46,704 bases of DNA from a virus. Lineage: Duplodnaviria; Caudoviricetes. Location: positions 1 through 46,704 of the IMG/VR virus record IMGVR_UViG_3300049012_000012; one strand, 5' to 3'. The translations under genes were made by a program, and so were the position numbers. Below the pieces are notes generated by a model. The model saw nothing but the letters and a program-made list of their open reading frames with translations, searched no databases and had not been told where the DNA came from. Position 1 is the first letter of the stretch. The number at the start of each line of letters is the position of its first letter. Below are positions 34,186-43,299 of this stretch, in pieces.

Positions 34186-34374
34186 GTGACAACCCTGAAC
34201 ACACAGGTCAAGCGCATCGCTGGCCTCGCCGGTACCACCCATGTCACCGAGTGGGAGGAAAGCTTCATCGAGTCGATCCTCGAGAAGACCAAGCAGGGGG
34301 ATGACACCCGCTCCCTGACCGACCGCCAGATCACCGTCATCGAGCGGCTGTTCAAGCAGCACTTCGCGGCATGA
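34186..34374 (+). CDS. Hypothetical protein
   Basis: AAGGAG RBS; TEWEESFIESI..LTDRQ...IERL pattern. Confidence 0.7.
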   Translation: MTTLNTQVKRIAGLAGTTHVTEWEESFIESILEKTKQGDDTRSLTDRQITVIERLFKQHFAA

Positions 34375-34464
34375 GCGCCGCTCTCCTCGAGTGGTGGGCC
34401 ACGTATCGCGGCGACGTGATCTTCTGGTCCTTCCTCGCGGTCTTCACCCTCCTGATGGCTCAAG

Positions 34465-36501
34465 ATGACAGCAACAGCGACTTCTGGTGATCAGACCACT
34501 GCCATCGGGCACCTGGACTTCGAGACGTTCAGCGAGCTCGACGTCCGTAAGGTGGGCGCGTACCGCTACGCGAGGCACCCCAGCACGGAGGTCCTGATCT
34601 GCGCGTGGCAGCTGCCCGGCATGACGCAGCCGGCCGTGTGGTTGCCCCGCACCCAGCGCCCGCCAGCGCGTCTCATGGGCTGGGTTAGGGGTGGGGGTAG
34701 GTTTGGTGCGCACAACGCAGCCTTTGAGCGTTGCGTGTGGCGCTGGGCCCTCTCACGGCAGCACCCTGACATCCCTGAGGTCAAGGACAGCCAGTGGGTC
34801 TGCACCGCAGCCAAGGCAGCGGCGTCCGGCCTGCCCCGCTCGCTGGAGAAGGCACTCAAGGCCATGCAGATGCCGGTCCTCAAAGATGAGGAGGGCGCGA
34901 AGCTGATCAACGTCTTCTGCAAGCCACGCAAGCCCACGAAGAAGGACCCGCGCACGCGCATCCTGCCTGAGCATGACGTGCGCTTCCAGCGGTTCATCGA
35001 GTACTGCCAGCAGGACGTTCGTGGTGAGGTCGCGCTCGACAACGCGCTGCCTGACCTGATCCCGCGTCAGCGCCGCATGTTCATCCTGGACATGGCGATG
35101 AACGACCGGGGGCTGCCCATTGACCTGCCGCTGGTCAAGAAAGCGCTCGGCGTGGTGCAGGCGCTGGAGCGCGACATCGCCGCTCAGGTGCAGGCGCTCA
35201 CAGGGGGCGTGCGCGCCACCCAGGTCGCCAAGATGCTGGAGCTCTTCGCCGAGCGCGGCCTCGACTTGGAGAACATGCGCAAGGAGACCATCACTCAGGC
35301 GCTGAAGGATGACACCCTCGACGAGACCACCAAGCGCCTGCTCGAGCTCCGTGTAGAGGCCGGCAAGGCTTCCACGAAGAAGCTGGTCAGCATGCTGGCC
35401 TGCGCTGACCCTGATGATTGGGTGGTGCAGGGTGGCTTCCTCTACCACGGTGCGCACACGGGCCGTTACGCTGGTCGGCTGGTGCAGCCGCACAACTTCA
35501 TCCGTGGGCTGCTCAAGGACTGGCAGCAAGACCTGGTGTTCGGTCTGCTGGACATGGCCGACCCCGACCTGTTCACGCTGCTGTTCGAAGGCGTGCCGTT
35601 CACCGACAAGAAGGGTGACCCGGTCACCACTGGCCCGATCGATGTCATCAGCCAGTGCATGCGGGGCTTCATACGCGCACCGTACGGGTACGAGCTAGCC
35701 GTAGTCGACTACACGGCCATCGAAGCGCGCGTGCTGGCGTGGGTGGCAGGCGAAGACCACATGCTGGAGGCGTACTTCGCCGGTGTGGACGTGTACAAGC
35801 TCATGGCCAAGAAGCTCTGGAAGCTGGCCACGCTTGAGGAGGTCACGGACGAGCAGCGCCGCATCGCCAAGAACCTTGTGCTGGGTTGCGGCTACCAGCT
35901 GGGGGGCGTCAAGTTCGTTGACTACTGCGCCAACGCTGGTCTGATCATCGAGCCTGACTTCGCCATGTCAGCCGTGAAGGCGTACCGCAAGGAACACCCC
36001 GCCATCTGTGAGTCGTGGAAGACGGTGGAGAGTCTGGTCGTCGGAGCCATCAAGCACCCGGGTGTGGTGTACCGTGGGCTGCGCTGCAAGTTCTTCATGC
36101 GTGACCACTGGCTCTGCATCCAGCTGCCCTCAGGCCGTGAGATCCGCTATCCGTACGCGCGTGCCGTACCGTGTGAGCGTTGGGGCAAGCCCGCGCATGA
36201 GATCAGCTTCCGCACTGAGATCAAGGGGCAATTCCTCCGCGAGAAGACCTACGGGGGCAAGCTCATTGAGAACATCGTGCAGGGCATCGCCTTCGACTGC
36301 ATGCAGGAGGGCATGCTGAGCGCCGACACCAACGGCTACCCGGTGCACGGTACGGTGCATGACGAGCTCATCACGCTGCGTGTGAAGGGCACCAGTGACG
36401 TGAAGGAGCTCGAGAAGATCGTGTGTGAGATCAAGCCCTGGATGAAGGGCATCCCCTTGGCTGCCAAGGGCTTCGTAACCGAACGCTACAAGAAGGATTG
36501 A
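34465..36501 (+). CDS. polA: DNA polymerase, family A, with 3'-5' exonuclease
   Basis: LDFET (ExoI), AHNAAFE, YCQQDV, HTGR, motif A DYTAIEARV, motif B RRIAKNLVLGCGY and motif C VHDE. Confidence 0.96.
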   Translation: MTATATSGDQTTAIGHLDFETFSELDVRKVGAYRYARHPSTEVLICAWQLPGMTQPAVWLPRTQRPPARLMGWVRGGGRFGAHNAAFERCVWRWALSRQHPDIPEVKDSQWVCTAAKAAASGLPRSLEKALKAMQMPVLKDEEGAKLINVFCKPRKPTKKDPRTRILPEHDVRFQRFIEYCQQDVRGEVALDNALPDLIPRQRRMFILDMAMNDRGLPIDLPLVKKALGVVQALERDIAAQVQALTGGVRATQVAKMLELFAERGLDLENMRKETITQALKDDTLDETTKRLLELRVEAGKASTKKLVSMLACADPDDWVVQGGFLYHGAHTGRYAGRLVQPHNFIRGLLKDWQQDLVFGLLDMADPDLFTLLFEGVPFTDKKGDPVTTGPIDVISQCMRGFIRAPYGYELAVVDYTAIEARVLAWVAGEDHMLEAYFAGVDVYKLMAKKLWKLATLEEVTDEQRRIAKNLVLGCGYQLGGVKFVDYCANAGLIIEPDFAMSAVKAYRKEHPAICESWKTVESLVVGAIKHPGVVYRGLRCKFFMRDHWLCIQLPSGREIRYPYARAVPCERWGKPAHEISFRTEIKGQFLREKTYGGKLIENIVQGIAFDCMQEGMLSADTNGYPVHGTVHDELITLRVKGTSDVKELEKIVCEIKPWMKGIPLAAKGFVTERYKKD

Positions 36502-36502
36502 C

Positions 36503-36841
36503 ATGACAATCGACAACGTCCTGCGCCGTTGGCGCGAACACAAAGCCACCGAGGATGGCGTGGAGAGCCACTTCACCCGGCAGGTCAAGGCCATCTGGAA
36601 GCGCGCAGCCGTGGAGGTCAAGCTCCAGCTGCTCCCAGGCTGGCCCGACCGCATGCTCCTGCTCACCGGAGGGCGTATCTACTTCTTCGAACTCAAGCGG
36701 CCGAAGGGCGGCAAGTTCGAGCCGCTGCAACCGCGCACGCACGCCATGCTGCGCCGACTGGGGTTCAATGTGTTCGTCTGCTACACCAAGGAAGAGGTCG
36801 ACGAACGTCTCGACGCTATCCACTTCATGGAGACGATATGA
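36503..36841 (+). CDS. VRR-NUC domain nuclease
   Basis: GWPDR..FFELKRP.G...LQ..H..L..LGF.V. Confidence 0.9.
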   Translation: MTIDNVLRRWREHKATEDGVESHFTRQVKAIWKRAAVEVKLQLLPGWPDRMLLLTGGRIYFFELKRPKGGKFEPLQPRTHAMLRRLGFNVFVCYTKEEVDERLDAIHFMETI

Positions 36842-36966
36842 AGTTCTACATCCTGTGGAACGGCATGTGGGTCAACTTGTTCGAGACCCGCAAGTGGGAC
36901 TGGTGGGATTGGGTCATCGCCGTCATGGCGGTCCTGGTCTCGTTCATCGTCTGGAGGAACGTATGA
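36838..36966 (+). CDS. Small Trp-rich membrane peptide (42 aa)
   Basis: GGAG RBS, ATGA coupling, one hydrophobic segment. Confidence 0.5.
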   Translation: MKFYILWNGMWVNLFETRKWDWWDWVIAVMAVLVSFIVWRNV

Positions 36967-37190
36967 GAGTGCGACTGACGCAAGATCGAAGCGCCCCCAT
37001 GAACGGCATGCGCATGCGGTTCATCGACTGCCTATGCTACATCGAATACCGTCCGAAGCTGGGCATGTTCGATGTGATGCCCCCCTACGGTGACCGCTAC
37101 GGACATAGGCTGATTCCCAAGCGCATCCACCGCACCAACGATCTGTTCGCCGCCATCAGCAGCGCGCGTCATGAAAGGCCGTCATGCTGA
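36963..37190 (+). CDS. Hypothetical protein
   Basis: GGAGG RBS; MRVRLTQDRS... Confidence 0.55.
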   Translation: MRVRLTQDRSAPMNGMRMRFIDCLCYIEYRPKLGMFDVMPPYGDRYGHRLIPKRIHRTNDLFAAISSARHERPSC

Positions 37191-38605
37191 TGCGGAAGAA
37201 CCTGCGCGCGTATCAGGCGCGTGCCGTTGACTTCCTCAAGCGGCAAAAGCACGCTGGCCTGTTCCTGGACATGGGCCTCGGCAAGACGGTCAGCACCCTC
37301 ACGGCCATCGCTGACCTGCTTGCCCGTGGTGTGGTCAAGCACGTGCTTCTGGTGGCGCCGCTGCGGCCTGCTCAGGGCGTCTGGCGTCAGGAGGCGCGCA
37401 AGTGGGGGCACCTCAAGCATCTGACCTTCAAGATGCTGACCGGCAACGAGCGACAGCGCCTCATGTCGATGAAGAGCAGTGCGCAGATCCACATCATCAA
37501 CGTGGACAACCTGCGCTGGCTGCTGTACATGCTGAAGGCGGGCGCCAAGAAGAACGGATGGCCGTATGACATGCTCGTCATCGACGAGAGCAGCATGTTC
37601 AAGACGCCGAAGGCCAAGCGGTTCAACGCGCTGCGGTACCACCTGCACCGCTTCGACCGGCGCGTCATCCTGACCGGCACGCCCGCGCCGAAGGGGCTGC
37701 TCGACCTGTGGTCCCAGGTGTACATCCTCGACAAGGGAGTGCGGCTCGGCGAGCAAGTGGCCCGCTACCGTGCGCGGTTCTTCAGCCCGAGCGGGTACAT
37801 GGGCTACGGCTACGCACCTGACGAGGGCGCCGAGAAGAACATCCTCAAGCTGATCAGTCCGTTGATCCTGACCATGCGCGCGGAGGACTACCTGGACCTG
37901 CCGCCTACGATGAAGCAGGAGGTATACGTTGACCTGCCGGCACAGGCGCGCAAGTACTACGCGAAGCTCGAGGAGGAGATGTTCCTAGAGCTCGAGAACG
38001 GCACCACCGAGGCGCTGTCCGCCGCGTCACTCAGCAGCAAGTGCTGGCAGCTTGCGAACGGGGCGCTGATCCTTGAGGACAGCATGGGTGAGCGCACGTG
38101 GCAGGCCGTGCATGACGCCAAGCTCGAGGCGCTTGAAGAGGTCGTGGAGGGGTCTGGGGGCCGGAACGTGCTGGTGGCCTACTGGTTTCAGCATGACATC
38201 GCGCGGCTGAAGAGCCTGTTCCCCAAGGCACCGAACTTCAAGGACTGCAAGAACGAACGCCAGCTGAACAAGCTGCAGGACGACTGGAACGCGGGGAAGC
38301 ACCGTGTAGCGTTCATCCAGCCGGCGAGCGGAGGTCACGGCCTGAACCTCCAGTACGGAGGCAACACGCTGGTGTTCTTCAGCATGCTCTGGTCTCGTGA
38401 GCTCTACGCACAGGTCATCGAGCGCATCGGGGCTGCACGACAGATTGGCATCCCAGGCCGCGATCACGTGATGGTCAAGCACATCATCGCGCGCGACACC
38501 GTGGACGAGGTGATGCTCGCCACCCAACGGCAGCGACACGTCGACGAACGACGGATGATCACGCTGCTTCGAGACTACCGTGACGTACAGGAGATTCTGG
38601 CATGA
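37184..38605 (+). CDS. SNF2-family helicase
   Basis: LRAYQ, DMGLGKT, IDESS, LTGTP, GHGLNLQ and Q..ERI. Confidence 0.95.
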   Translation: MLMRKNLRAYQARAVDFLKRQKHAGLFLDMGLGKTVSTLTAIADLLARGVVKHVLLVAPLRPAQGVWRQEARKWGHLKHLTFKMLTGNERQRLMSMKSSAQIHIINVDNLRWLLYMLKAGAKKNGWPYDMLVIDESSMFKTPKAKRFNALRYHLHRFDRRVILTGTPAPKGLLDLWSQVYILDKGVRLGEQVARYRARFFSPSGYMGYGYAPDEGAEKNILKLISPLILTMRAEDYLDLPPTMKQEVYVDLPAQARKYYAKLEEEMFLELENGTTEALSAASLSSKCWQLANGALILEDSMGERTWQAVHDAKLEALEEVVEGSGGRNVLVAYWFQHDIARLKSLFPKAPNFKDCKNERQLNKLQDDWNAGKHRVAFIQPASGGHGLNLQYGGNTLVFFSMLWSRELYAQVIERIGAARQIGIPGRDHVMVKHIIARDTVDEVMLATQRQRHVDERRMITLLRDYRDVQEILA

Positions 38606-38952
38606 GTGAGAAACGACACTACGAGAAGACCGAGCGGCTGCACTGGTCACCGGCACATCAGGTGCTGAGTGACATGCGCTTCACCGATACGTTCTTCCTC
38701 AGCGTACACCCGGACACCCTCACGTGGTGGGAGCGGCGTCCAGCATGCGAGGCATGCAACAATCGGTACTACGACGATCACAGCAACGACCCTGAGTTCT
38801 GGGCGTGGCGGTGCGGCGCGGTGCCGTCAGAAGGACCGGGCAAGGCGCGCACGTTGGGCGCCTACCCCATCAACGCCCGCGCTGCGAACGGCAAGTGCGG
38901 TCCAGCGGCTACACTTTGGAAGCCTGTAACGAAGAAGGAGAGTGCGAAGTGA
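38602..38952 (+). CDS. Cys-containing hypothetical protein
   Basis: CEAC...C...CGP; ATGA coupling. Confidence 0.6.
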   Translation: MSEKRHYEKTERLHWSPAHQVLSDMRFTDTFFLSVHPDTLTWWERRPACEACNNRYYDDHSNDPEFWAWRCGAVPSEGPGKARTLGAYPINARAANGKCGPAATLWKPVTKKESAK

Positions 38953-39215
38953 CACAACGAAACCCGCAGTGGTGGGTCCAGCAGCGGCTACCATTGGTAT
39001 CCCGGCCTCCGCCGGAGACCTACGTGGTTGTTCGCGACCCCGAGACCGGCCGGCACCACGTGACCCTCTCGGGGTCACGGACGTACTCGCTGGTCGACTG
39101 CCCAAGCGAAGGCGCAGCGTTCGAAGCCGCTGCCCAGATGAACGCATCCGCCCGTGCCTGCCGCAGCGCGTTGGCGGATGACCTCAAGCAACGCGGAATC
39201 AGGAGGTGGCTATGA
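38949..39215 (+). CDS. Hypothetical protein
   Basis: GTGA coupling, AAGGAG RBS. Confidence 0.55.
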   Translation: MTQRNPQWWVQQRLPLVSRPPPETYVVVRDPETGRHHVTLSGSRTYSLVDCPSEGAAFEAAAQMNASARACRSALADDLKQRGIRRWL

Positions 39216-40048
39216 ACGTGCAGAAGCTGGTCAACGCAGACCTGCGTGACGATTGGCGTGGATTCGCCAAGCAGCTGTTCAAGCTAGAGGACGCCGACCC
39301 GGGCTACCTGCTCCTGGCACGGTCCGGCCTCAGCGAAGCGCAGCAGAAGCGTTACGTGGTGGCGTGGTGCACGTACTACAACCCCGGCATCGCCGCTGTC
39401 GCCAGTGAGCGGCAGGGCCTGCGGTTCTGGGAGTACCTGTTCTCTGTGTACCCCAAGGCTCAGCGTGCGTCCGAACGCCGGCACTTCCGTGGGGCTGCTG
39501 GCCTGAAGGCGCTGGCGGACTGGAGCTCCGAGTACCCGCACCCCGAAGACATGGTCGACGCCTGCTTCGGTGAGTCGTACCTCGACGTGCGGCGCAACAT
39601 GCTGCCGATGACCCAGATGGGCGACTACTTCTACTGGAAGATGGCCGACATCCAGGACACGGTGTTCGGCGAGTACTGCGACTTCACCGGCTGTGAGAAG
39701 TACATGCCCAAGGTGCCGAAGCAGGGGGCGGAGATCATCGCCGAGTTGGAGAGCACCTGCTTCGCGTTGCCTGTGGTCATGGCCACGATCACGTCACACG
39801 TCCGCAAGATGGACCACCCGCTACACGAGCGCAAGCTGGCGCTGCAGGAAGCCGAGACGGTGTGCTGCGTCTTCAAGCAGCACGTCCACGGCGACTACAA
39901 GCTGGGCTACCGCACGGCGAAGGCTTACAAGCGCGTGCTCGGTGCAATCCCCGAAGCGCCCAAGACGGCGAAGGCGCTGCTGGACGGCATCTGGGCTGGT
40001 GGCATCTGGACGCTGGCTGACGTGCGCGCGATCGCGGAGGCCATGTGA
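39212..40048 (+). CDS. Amino acid:DNA transferase (aGPT-Pplase2 / AADT, HhH-glycosylase fold)
   Basis: D.DP.Y.LL, W..YY.PG.A, FW, R.SERRHFRG, G.YF.WK.AD and QEAET.CC.FK motifs recalled from M6 gp51-like transferases; AGGAGG RBS; next to a P-loop kinase and a thymidylate synthase homolog. Confidence 0.85.
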   Translation: MNVQKLVNADLRDDWRGFAKQLFKLEDADPGYLLLARSGLSEAQQKRYVVAWCTYYNPGIAAVASERQGLRFWEYLFSVYPKAQRASERRHFRGAAGLKALADWSSEYPHPEDMVDACFGESYLDVRRNMLPMTQMGDYFYWKMADIQDTVFGEYCDFTGCEKYMPKVPKQGAEIIAELESTCFALPVVMATITSHVRKMDHPLHERKLALQEAETVCCVFKQHVHGDYKLGYRTAKAYKRVLGAIPEAPKTAKALLDGIWAGGIWTLADVRAIAEAM

Positions 40049-40593
40049 GCAGCGCGTTCGTGTACGTGTACGGCACCAACGGCAGCGGGAAGACCACGCT
40101 GGCACGTGAGGTGATCAAGGCAGCGGGGGGCGTGGCCGTCAACCGTCCTGGCGTGGGCAAGGCCAGCGTAACGCATACGGTCCATGGGGCTGCCCTAGTG
40201 GGGCGCTACGGCAACGCCTGCGGGGGCATTGACGGCATCCAGCCGTATGCTGACGCGGTGGACGTCATCTTCAAGCACGGGGCGCTGGAAGACACCCCGC
40301 TGTTCGCAGAAGGGCTGGTGCAGCCGGGCTGGCGCAACTGCGAGCTCATGGCAAGTTGGTTCGACACCGCGCAGTTCATCCTGCTCGAGACGCCCGAGGA
40401 TCAGTGCGTTGCCAACGTGCTCAAGCGCCGCGCGGCCGCAGGCAACACCAAGCCGTATGACCCTGCCAACCTGCACCGCAAGGCCAGCGCAGCCCGCAGC
40501 TGGGCAAACCTACTGGAACGAAACGGCGTGCCCGTGGTGCGCCTAAACTACCCGCAGGCCAAGCGCCTCACCTTCAAGCTCCTGGGGCTGTAG
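40045..40593 (+). CDS. P-loop kinase, putative 5-hydroxymethyluracil DNA kinase (5-HMUDK)
   Basis: Walker A GTNGSGKTT, GRYGNACGGIDGI, EG and C..NV..RR lid; gene context. Confidence 0.82.
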   Translation: MSSAFVYVYGTNGSGKTTLAREVIKAAGGVAVNRPGVGKASVTHTVHGAALVGRYGNACGGIDGIQPYADAVDVIFKHGALEDTPLFAEGLVQPGWRNCELMASWFDTAQFILLETPEDQCVANVLKRRAAAGNTKPYDPANLHRKASAARSWANLLERNGVPVVRLNYPQAKRLTFKLLGL

Positions 40594-40622
40594 CCCCTCC
40601 CCGCCACCTGAAAGGAACCGAC

Positions 40623-41690
40623 ATGTTCGGATTTGGACTTACTGTCGACAACGTCAACGAGGCGCTGCCTCAAGGCCTCCGCTTGCTGCGCGACCACGGC
40701 AAGCCGGCCGTCTCCCGTGGTATCGAAACCATCCGGGTGCCCGGCCCCGTGATGACCATCTACAACAACCCGACTCGGCGCGTGCTGTTCGACGAGGTGC
40801 GCGACGCCAACCCGTTCTTCCACCTGATCGAGAGCCTGTGGATACTCGGTGGCAGCAACAAGGTCGCGCTGCCGAAGTACTTCCTCAGCAGCATCGACCG
40901 GTTCAGTGACGACGGTGTGACCTTCCACGGCGCGTACGGCGCTCGGATGCGCGCATGGACTGGCAACGACTGGTGCCCGCGAAACGCGACCATGGATCAG
41001 CTGCAACACGCGGTCGACGTACTGCGCGAGAAGCCGGACACTCGGCAGTGCGTGGTGAGCATCTGGGACCCGAGCCTGGACCTGGGTGCCGAGACCAAGG
41101 ACGTGCCGTGCAACGACATGGTCATGTTCGACATCGTCGATGGCGCGCTCAACATGACCGTGTGCAACCGCAGCAACGACGTGATCTGGGGCGCCTACGG
41201 TGCCAACGCGGTGCAGTTCAGCATGCTCCAGGAATGGATGGCTGCGATGGTCGGCGTCGAGGTCGGCAAGTACGTGCAGATGTCGAACAACTACCACGTC
41301 TACACGGACAACCCGTTCTGGCACGCCTTCCTCAAGGCCGACGACCAGCAGGGTGACGTGTGGAATCCGTACATGGACAAGGACTGCCACCCGTACGCCA
41401 TCGCGTTCAACGCGCACGAGGCCATCGCGGTGCGCACGGACTGCGAGGACATGTGTGAGATGGCCGAGCTCCGGCGGCACCCGCTCAGCTTCAAGCCTCG
41501 GAGCCAGTTCTTCGGCGAGGTTGTACGGCCCATCGTACAAGGGTACGACGAGTACAAGAACGGCTACTACGACCGTGCCTTCAGGAGCCTGCTGGGGTGC
41601 GCTGCGCCTGACTGGCGCTTGGCCTGCACCGCGTGGGTGCTGCGCCGGCAAGAGCGCGCTGCCATCAAGGCTGCGGAGGTGAAGGCGTGA
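40623..41690 (+). CDS. Thymidylate synthase homolog, putative dUMP hydroxymethylase
   Basis: RDANPFF, GAYG.R, KDVPCN (catalytic Cys), NRSND..WG..GAN (Asn at the dUMP-specificity position) and NYHVY. Confidence 0.9.
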   Translation: MFGFGLTVDNVNEALPQGLRLLRDHGKPAVSRGIETIRVPGPVMTIYNNPTRRVLFDEVRDANPFFHLIESLWILGGSNKVALPKYFLSSIDRFSDDGVTFHGAYGARMRAWTGNDWCPRNATMDQLQHAVDVLREKPDTRQCVVSIWDPSLDLGAETKDVPCNDMVMFDIVDGALNMTVCNRSNDVIWGAYGANAVQFSMLQEWMAAMVGVEVGKYVQMSNNYHVYTDNPFWHAFLKADDQQGDVWNPYMDKDCHPYAIAFNAHEAIAVRTDCEDMCEMAELRRHPLSFKPRSQFFGEVVRPIVQGYDEYKNGYYDRAFRSLLGCAAPDWRLACTAWVLRRQERAAIKAAEVKA

Positions 41691-42217
41691 AGGCAATCGT
41701 CCACGCGCAGCTGATGCGCAACGGTTCCGAGGTGAAGCGGTACCACACCCAGCGCACGCTCCGTCAGCAGACGGTGGGGGCGCACTCGTTCAACATGCTG
41801 CTCCTGCTCGAACAGGTGTCGCCCGGCGCACGGCGTGAGGTGTACCAGCACATCCTCCACCACGACCTGCCCGAGCTCTTCACGGGCGACATCCCCGGGC
41901 CGGCGAAGAAGGCCAGCGTTGACCTCGGCCTCGTGCTCGAAGGGCTGGAGCAGGACTTGGCCCCGCTGTACCAGGACTGCGGCCTGACCGTGGATGAGGA
42001 GCGGCTCGTCAAGTGGCTCGACAAGATCGAGCTCCTCTTCTGGTGCCAGGAGGAGGTGATGATGGGCAACACCTTCGCCACTGAGCCGATCGAGGTGGTG
42101 CTCGGCTGGCTCGAGAAGACCCCTCCCCCGAACCTCGAGTGCCGGCAGCTGTACGTCGAGCTCCTCGAGTCCATTGACCTCAACGTATCCCCCGTGATCG
42201 AAAGGAGACCCTCATGA
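41687..42217 (+). CDS. HD-domain 5'-deoxynucleotidase / dNTPase (YfbR-like)
   Basis: RYH..QTVGAHS, LHHDLPE..TGDIP and VKWLDKIE; GTG start coupled to the upstream stop. Confidence 0.88.
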   Translation: MKAIVHAQLMRNGSEVKRYHTQRTLRQQTVGAHSFNMLLLLEQVSPGARREVYQHILHHDLPELFTGDIPGPAKKASVDLGLVLEGLEQDLAPLYQDCGLTVDEERLVKWLDKIELLFWCQEEVMMGNTFATEPIEVVLGWLEKTPPPNLECRQLYVELLESIDLNVSPVIERRPS

Positions 42218-42783
42218 ACGCGAACAACCGTCAAGTCGGTGGCACCCACTACCGCACCAGCATGCAGCACTGGGACATGGCTGCTGACCTCAAGCTCGGC
42301 TACTTCGAAGGCCAGATCAGCAAGTACCTGACCCGGCACCGCTTCAAGAAGGGGCGCGAGGACGCCGAGAAGGCGCTGCACTTCGCCGAGAAGGTGCGCG
42401 AGCGGGCGATGTTCATGGGGCACCTGCCCATCCACGCGTTCCCGACAGCCGCGTACATGGTCGAGTACGGCGAGGCCAACAAGCTGACGCGCGATGAGAT
42501 GCGTGCCATCAACCGGGCCGTCTCGTGGCTGAACGTCACCGACCTGGACGTGCTGATCGACACGATCAAGCGGATCATCGACACGACGTACGGCATGCCG
42601 CCACTGCCCGTGATCGAACCGCAGATGCTGCCCCAGGTTCGTCTGCCCATGCCGCACTCTGACATCGGAACGATGTCCCCGGACGTGGCGAACGCGGTGC
42701 TGCACACCCCGTCCCAGCACGCCAAGGAGTTCTTCTACGGCGAACCCGGCCCCGGCTACGTCGACCAGGGCCGAGACATCTGA
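42214..42783 (+). CDS. DUF3310 / SaV-like protein (T7 gp1.7-like nucleotide kinase family)
   Basis: QVGGTHY..QHWD..LGYFEG...KY..R...K...ED..KA.H. Confidence 0.8.
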   Translation: MNANNRQVGGTHYRTSMQHWDMAADLKLGYFEGQISKYLTRHRFKKGREDAEKALHFAEKVRERAMFMGHLPIHAFPTAAYMVEYGEANKLTRDEMRAINRAVSWLNVTDLDVLIDTIKRIIDTTYGMPPLPVIEPQMLPQVRLPMPHSDIGTMSPDVANAVLHTPSQHAKEFFYGEPGPGYVDQGRDI

Positions 42784-43008
42784 GTGGGGTCGCCCCGCTG
42801 GCGCCGCAACAGGCGCCTCAAGTGCGGGTGCATGGGGTATTGGTTCCCGCACCGTAGGGGGTCAGGCACCTGCGAACATGCACCCGCGCTTCAGTCCATC
42901 AAGGTACGCGCTGCCCGTGAGGGTCGCGACGTACTCCAGGCCGTAGCTGACTACGGCTGGGATACCGGCGGTATCCCAGCCGCCACAGGTGAGCCACCTC
43001 CATTCTGA
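42784..43008 (+). CDS. Small Cys/His-containing hypothetical protein
   Basis: C.C.GY.FPHR.GS..C motif. Confidence 0.55.
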   Translation: MGSPRWRRNRRLKCGCMGYWFPHRRGSGTCEHAPALQSIKVRAAREGRDVLQAVADYGWDTGGIPAATGEPPPF

Positions 43009-43080
43009 CCGCGAATACCCCACGTCTTGACGAAGGTATTCGCGGCATGCGACTATTCGTTCATCAACAACGAAAGGAGC
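43009..43080 (+). promoter_or_regulatory. Conserved early promoter, copy 3, inside an 11-bp inverted repeat
   Basis: CCGCGAATACC (43009-43019) and GGTATTCGCGG (43035-43045) flank TTGACG (43027-43032); GACTAT at 43051-43056. Confidence 0.75.
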
Positions 43081-43086
43081 AGCGCA

Positions 43087-43299
43087 ATGGCAACCACACA
43101 AGCTGACCCGGTCATTCAAGCGCGCTGGGTGGCAGCATACCGTGAGGGCGGCATCACCGGTCACGGCCTGCGTCAAACGGAGCACATGCTTGAGAACAAA
43201 CTGGCTGACGCCCGTGAGTGGAGCACCACGGCACGGGTCCGCCACTTCGAGGTGTTGGTCGCGTCGCTTCAAGCGGCAATCAGTGAGGTGGGCGCATGA
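43087..43299 (+). CDS. Hypothetical protein
   Basis: GAAAGGAG RBS, 70 aa. Confidence 0.7.
   Translation: MATTQADPVIQARWVAAYREGGITGHGLRQTEHMLENKLADAREWSTTARVRHFEVLVASLQAAISEVGA

Noticed and set aside
40623-41690. Ordinary ThyA or a dCMP hydroxymethylase
   Set aside because: Asn rather than Asp at the specificity position argues against dCMP; divergence from ThyA and adjacency to the kinase and transferase favour dUMP hydroxymethylase.
41687-42217. DatZ of a 2-aminoadenine (Z-genome) pathway
   Set aside because: No PurZ homolog is present and the context is pyrimidine modification.
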